A program made the translations under genes and the position numbers. From Trichodesmium erythraeum IMS101 (GTDB lineage Bacteria; Cyanobacteriota; Cyanobacteriia; Cyanobacteriales; Microcoleaceae): 32,000 nt of DNA. Below the pieces are notes generated by a model, which did not search any database, was not told the origin of the DNA, and worked only from the letters and a program-made list of their open reading frames with translations. The stretch spans positions 1,710,001 through 1,742,000 of the forward strand of contig NC_008312.1 of NCBI RefSeq assembly GCF_000014265.1, written 5' to 3'. Positions within the stretch are counted from its first letter, which is position 1. Every line of letters starts with the position of its first letter. Shown in pieces: positions 27,952-32,000 of this stretch.

Positions 27952-27974
27952 CCCCCCTTGCCCTCCAAGGGGGG
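27952..27974 (-). terminator. GC-rich hairpin 25 nt downstream of the paralogue B stop
   Basis: CCCCCCTT gccctcc AAGGGGGG (8-bp stem, 7-nt loop). No U-tract follows on the minus strand. Confidence 0.4.
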
Positions 27975-27999
27975 GTTGACTTTGAGCTTATGTATAGCG

Positions 28000-28806
28000 C
28001 TAAACCACCTGATAATGCATGTACCATAAAGTAGAGCCTAACTCAGCCTTAAAATACATCAAAAACTCCTGTAAGTGCTCTCCCTTTAAAAGCAAAGGTA
28101 GTTGGTCCGCCGCCGGCAACCAATCTAAGTTTGGACGTTCGTGACTGATCCCTGCTATGATCTCCTCAACCCCTATTTTACCATTCAACTTAAAATGATT
28201 AACTGGTGCCCCCTCCATTGGTAACGATGCTACGCCCCCATCAAAAATAGGTGAACTTGCCAAACACGAAGGAGACAAACAATAAAATACGCCAGAAGCA
28301 CCTTTTTTTAAGAGAGTTAAATATCCCGAACGTTCCAACTGTACCTCAAACTTAACCTCACTATTGAGAGGTATAACACTGGGATAACGAGAAACAGTTT
28401 TAGACGTATCCAACTGTGTAATTCCTTGGATAACAAGACCCATTTTATCAGTAAAAGTCGCCATATCTTTTAATGCATGCCAGGGATAAATTATTTCACG
28501 CAACCACCGTTTAGCAATTTTAACCTTGTCTCTTTTTGCTCCCTCAAAATCACAACCTTCAGTCTCCAGTTTTTTAAATATTGTTTTCAAAGAGTCCCGC
28601 AAAATAATATCTGATGTTGCTTTTTTGCTAGCATTCTGTAATAAATTACTTGATAAAACATCAGCCAGTTTTTGATTATTCAAATCATCATTATCTATTT
28701 TAAACCGCTCCGTAAACACCAGCCTGGTTTTATCTTTAACCATCAATTTATCAGCTATTTTGTTCAGAAAAATAGCCTCATTATTTTTATAACTTTCCTC
28801 TAGCAT
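28000..28806 (-). CDS. Paralogue B: small protein with an HTH-like N-terminus and a DUF4384-like C-terminus
   Basis: The track ORF extends to 28875. The alignment with paralogue A starts at MLEESYKNNE (ATG 28806), which has AAGGAA about 10 nt upstream. The proteins are collinear and by eye about two-thirds identical. B has an insertion of about 8 aa (ASKKATSD) in the HTH-like region. Confidence 0.8.
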   Translation of the reverse strand: MLEESYKNNEAIFLNKIADKLMVKDKTRLVFTERFKIDNDDLNNQKLADVLSSNLLQNASKKATSDIILRDSLKTIFKKLETEGCDFEGAKRDKVKIAKRWLREIIYPWHALKDMATFTDKMGLVIQGITQLDTSKTVSRYPSVIPLNSEVKFEVQLERSGYLTLLKKGASGVFYCLSPSCLASSPIFDGGVASLPMEGAPVNHFKLNGKIGVEEIIAGISHERPNLDWLPAADQLPLLLKGEHLQEFLMYFKAELGSTLWYMHYQVV

Positions 28807-28876
28807 AATCAAATTTTCCTTCTTGATAACTTTGTCTATAATTATATTTCTACAAAATTGAAATTGACACAACAAT

Positions 28877-28911
28877 TATACACAATTCTACATAAACTTA
28901 CATAGGGATGC
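28877..28911 (-). promoter_or_regulatory. Degenerate copy of the 10-bp-phased array upstream of paralogue B
   Basis: TATAC at 28877, TCTAC at 28887 and CTTAC at 28897, each followed by A(C/T)A. A TATAAT on the minus strand (28846-28841) lies between the array and the start. Confidence 0.45.
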
Positions 28912-29019
28912 ATAACTGTATTTTGATTTAAAACAATATTTTTTATATCATTATTCATTATTTGTACTTTGATCAAAAACTTATTTAACTCTAACTACTA
29001 CTATTTACATATCCTAAAT

Positions 29020-29243
29020 TTTGAAATTAAATTATAGTATATTTACCCAAGAATTAAGATCATAAAACCTATAAATTAATCAATTTTTATTAATTTTAAT
29101 CTTTAGTGGAAGTATTTTCAGCATTTTCTCAGTCAATAATAATCAAAACTCAAAATAAATTAGTCAAGCTGTTGAGCAGATAAAATAACTATAACATCTA
29201 ACATGACTAGTTTATTAAGAATTTTAAAAGACGCCAATAAAAG
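29020..29243 (+). pseudogene. Decayed copy of the small membrane-peptide gene
   Basis: The corresponding frame reads KPIN*SIFINFNL*WKYFQHFLSQ**SKLKIN*SSC*ADKITITSNMTSLLRILKDANK. The intact copy reads KPIKILLISIFAGSIFSILSLSNNQNSKEISQALESGVTMTSTIASLLISLKDSNE. Confidence 0.6.
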
Positions 29244-29338
29244 TTTTCCAAATATTAATTATTCAGCCTTTGTAGCGCAGTTCAAGAGCTTAAGAAAATG
29301 TAGTCAACTCTTAATAAAATATTCTTATCTCATCCTTT

Positions 29339-30193
29339 TCATTCCTTTTTATCCTTTTCCTCTTTGATAATATTTTGTATTCCCGACTGCTGCAAAAAAT
29401 CTAAAGCAGATTTAGCAGCCGCTTCCTCTGCGGCCTTAATAGATGGTCCTTTACCTACACCAAGTTTCTGGCCTTTAAACCAAACTTCGGCAAAGAAACG
29501 TTCGCGATCGCCATAAATCTTATTTACTTCGTGAGCTTGATAATTTGGTAACGTTTTGTAATAACCTTGAGTCAGCTCTTGGAGAGCAGCCTTATAACTG
29601 TGGCAAGCGGGATCCTTGCGAATTTCTGCTATTAACCTTTCAAAATGAGAATCTAACCAAGGGCGGATCAACTCTAAATTATTAGTACTCAAATAAAGAG
29701 CACCCAAAACAGCCTCAAAAGAATCTGCAAGTCGACGCTCTCTTCCAACTTTATCCCCTGCTGCACTTTTGGATACCAATAAATAACGACTCCACCCATA
29801 CTTATCGGCAATTTGTGCCAAAGAGCGATCGCTTACTAAAATAGAACGAATGGCAGTAAATTCTCCTACTGAACAATTAGGATAATTTTCCAACAGTAGT
29901 TGTGCCGCCACAAGCCGTACCACTGCATCCCCAAAAAACTCTAGCTTTTCATTATTATGTGTTGATGAAACTGTAGAGTGAGTTAATGCCAAATCTAATA
30001 AATTCCATTTAATCAAAGCTTGTTGAGAAATAGATAATTTTTCAACTAAAGATTTAAGTTGCCTTTGGCGCGAATGATACATTTGAGTCATTATTCTGAT
30101 GCTTTTAGTCTCTGCTGCTATATTTTTGTGACTAACTTCCCCAAGCTCACCCATAAAAATTGTACAAGCTTCGGAGCTAGCCTCCTGCTTCAT
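29339..30193 (-). CDS. rnc: Ribonuclease III
   Basis: Signature NEKLEFFGDAVVRL; catalytic-domain residues ...DSFEAVLGALYL; C-terminal dsRBD ...FFAEVWFKGQKLGVGKGPSIKAAEEAAAKSAL. The true start may be an internal Met (30091 or 30082), because the first 35 aa or so look like an extension. Confidence 0.9.
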   Translation of the reverse strand: MKQEASSEACTIFMGELGEVSHKNIAAETKSIRIMTQMYHSRQRQLKSLVEKLSISQQALIKWNLLDLALTHSTVSSTHNNEKLEFFGDAVVRLVAAQLLLENYPNCSVGEFTAIRSILVSDRSLAQIADKYGWSRYLLVSKSAAGDKVGRERRLADSFEAVLGALYLSTNNLELIRPWLDSHFERLIAEIRKDPACHSYKAALQELTQGYYKTLPNYQAHEVNKIYGDRERFFAEVWFKGQKLGVGKGPSIKAAEEAAAKSALDFLQQSGIQNIIKEEKDKKE

Positions 30194-30338
30194 TGAAAAT
30201 CACTGACCGAAGTCTGTAACCTTTATTTGTTCACAGACTTAAAATTTCTGAAAACTGAACTTACTGATACAAATAGTTTTCTAAGTTGACCACAACCTTA
30301 AAAATTGGTGTCAACCCTACTTATCAGTATTGAGAACT

Positions 30339-31796
30339 TCACTTCTGACTTCTAATTTCCCGCTTTCTGACCTCAGAAGTATCTCCACCAACAACAACAT
30401 TCCCAATACGCAAACTCGGACCTCCACAACCAACAGGTAAACCATTTTGCTCACCTTTACCGCAACCGCCAGACTCATCCCAATGAAAATCATCACCGAT
30501 CGCTTCAATATCTGCCAAAGTATTAAACACATTTCCAGAAAGAGTCACATCCCTAACCGGTTCAGCTAACTCACCATTTCTAATCATCCAAGCTTCTCCA
30601 GCACTAAAAGTAAATATTTCCCCATTAGTCATGCCACCAAACCAGTTACAAGCATAAACTCCCTCCTTAATATCAGCAAATAAATCTGAAACAGGAGTAT
30701 TTCCTTGTGCTATCCAAGTGTTAGTCATCCTCACAATAGGTGGATAACGGTAGTCAAGACAACGTGCATTACCCGTAGGTGCCTCCCCCAGCTTTCCAGC
30801 AGTCTCCCGTGAATGTAAGCGCCCTACTAAAACCCCATCCTGAATCAACTGAGTGGTAGTTGCTAAAGTACCTTCATCATCATAAACATAACTACCCCGA
30901 TGAACTTCTTCCCCAGCCCCACCTAATAAAGGCTCTACCTTCGCACCATCAAATATTTGTAAATTTTCCGGACCAAATACTCGACCAATTGTCATCACTT
31001 CCAGTAGATCAGGATTTTCGTATGCCATATCCGCTTCCGAGAGATGACCAAAAGCTTCGTGAACAAATAAACCTGTCAGAATAGGGTCAATAACTACAGT
31101 ATAAGCATTACCTTGAACTATGGGTAAAGCTAGAGAATTAACAGCTCTCTGAGCAGCACTACGAACTTGTGCATCCAAATTAGTTAAATCTTCATAAGCC
31201 TTGCGAGAACCAGTAGTTTCTCTACCCGTTTGTACAGTATCCCCATTTCTAGCAGTAGCAGCAAAGCGCATTTCCATATCTGTCCAAGATTGTTCTAATA
31301 TCGTTCCTTCCGAAGTAGCTAGAATAGTTTTTTGGGTACTATCCCCATAACGCACAGACACATTAGTAATTCGAGGATCTACACTCCGCAGCACCTGGCC
31401 ATAATGTTCGCATAGTTCTTTTTTACTAGCTAAACTTATGTAACGAGGGTTTTTTCCTGTGAGAGAAACCACATGAGTTTCTTGAATAATTGGTATAGGA
31501 GCTAGAATAGTTTCTTCTTTCCCAATTAGTTTAGCCGCAGCGATCGCCTCTTCTATTCTATCTTTCAAAGTATATATTTGATTAAAACTGGCAAAACCCC
31601 AAGCTCCTTTATAGCAGGCTCGTACTTGACCGCCAATAGAAATACCTTCACTCAGAGTTTCTATTTTGTGGCCTCGCAAAAGAATATCTGTTTCTTCCGA
31701 CTTTTCTAAGCGAATAGCCAAGTAATCTACTTGAGAGCTATAATCACTGAGTAGGTCAGACAATAGATTTTTGGCTTCAGTTAGTGATATGGGCAT
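30339..31796 (-). CDS. tldD: TldD-type metalloprotease (PmbA/TldD family)
   Basis: The HEAFGHLSE zinc motif is characteristic of TldD rather than PmbA. The Gly-rich C-terminal region GGCGKGEQNGLPVGCGGPSLRI and the length of 485 aa also fit. Confidence 0.85.
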   Translation of the reverse strand: MPISLTEAKNLLSDLLSDYSSQVDYLAIRLEKSEETDILLRGHKIETLSEGISIGGQVRACYKGAWGFASFNQIYTLKDRIEEAIAAAKLIGKEETILAPIPIIQETHVVSLTGKNPRYISLASKKELCEHYGQVLRSVDPRITNVSVRYGDSTQKTILATSEGTILEQSWTDMEMRFAATARNGDTVQTGRETTGSRKAYEDLTNLDAQVRSAAQRAVNSLALPIVQGNAYTVVIDPILTGLFVHEAFGHLSEADMAYENPDLLEVMTIGRVFGPENLQIFDGAKVEPLLGGAGEEVHRGSYVYDDEGTLATTTQLIQDGVLVGRLHSRETAGKLGEAPTGNARCLDYRYPPIVRMTNTWIAQGNTPVSDLFADIKEGVYACNWFGGMTNGEIFTFSAGEAWMIRNGELAEPVRDVTLSGNVFNTLADIEAIGDDFHWDESGGCGKGEQNGLPVGCGGPSLRIGNVVVGGDTSEVRKREIRSQK

Positions 31797-32000
31797 TTAT
31801 ATTCCAATAGTTTTATGATTAATATTTGTACAACATCAACTTTGAATGTAAGGTTTTTTTTGGTAGTTATTTAACTATTAGAGCTACTCTGATGATTTCA
31901 TACCTCATAAACTTTAGTTTTATCAACCGCAGTTTGATATAAAACGTATTAGTATATAGACATTCCCTTAGTCACTCCCAAAAAATAATTTTCGGGAAGC

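Noticed and set aside
28807-28875. 23-codon N-terminal extension of the 291-aa track ORF (MLCQFQFCRNIIIDKVIKKENLI)
   Set aside because: Paralogue A has no counterpart to it. Homology and an AAGGAA ribosome-binding site both point to ATG 28806. The extension overlaps the shared leader and promoter DNA.
30317-30532. 71-aa minus-strand ORF
   Set aside because: It overlaps the 3' end of tldD in another frame, and tldD is strongly supported there.
30860-31084. 74-aa + strand ORF
   Set aside because: It is antisense and lies inside tldD.

Overview
The window is almost certainly cyanobacterial chromosome. It has at least a dozen perfect HIP1 octamers (GCGATCGC, e.g. 2194, 3466, 8179, 8283, 19957, 21009, 22023, 23402, 29504, 29825, 31540), STRR-like heptanucleotide tracts and AT-rich DNA. 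It is a mosaic of housekeeping and accessory blocks. (1) 1-9581, minus strand: three large genes of unknown function. They encode a 1316-aa protein, a 1107-aa protein with an internal 72-aa tandem duplication, and a tail-fibre-like protein with a phage tail-collar C-terminus. The third gene runs off the left edge and is missing from the supplied ORF track. (2) 9600-11100: a decayed N-terminal remnant of a paralogue of the 1316-aa gene, split by an IS5-like element that has perfect 19-bp inverted repeats and a broken transposase. (3) 11596-19266: glmM plus a visibly AT-rich envelope-polysaccharide block (a polytopic O-antigen-ligase-like membrane protein and GT2, GT8 and GT4 glycosyltransferases). 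(4) 19588-20951: decayed IS630-like and truncated IS1-like transposase remnants. (5) 21250-29270, the most interesting part: a 1507-aa TPR-CHAT caspase-like protease followed by two paralogous genes for small proteins with an HTH-like N-terminus and a DUF4384-like C-terminus. All three genes share homologous 5' regions carrying a 10-bp-phased TCTAC(A/C)TA repeat array, and share related 3' flanks. A divergent small membrane-peptide ORF is intact in one copy, decayed in another and deleted in the third. (6) 29339-31796: housekeeping rnc and tldD. I saw no rRNA, tRNA or CRISPR array. All domain calls rest on motif recognition by eye and need HMM or structure confirmation.
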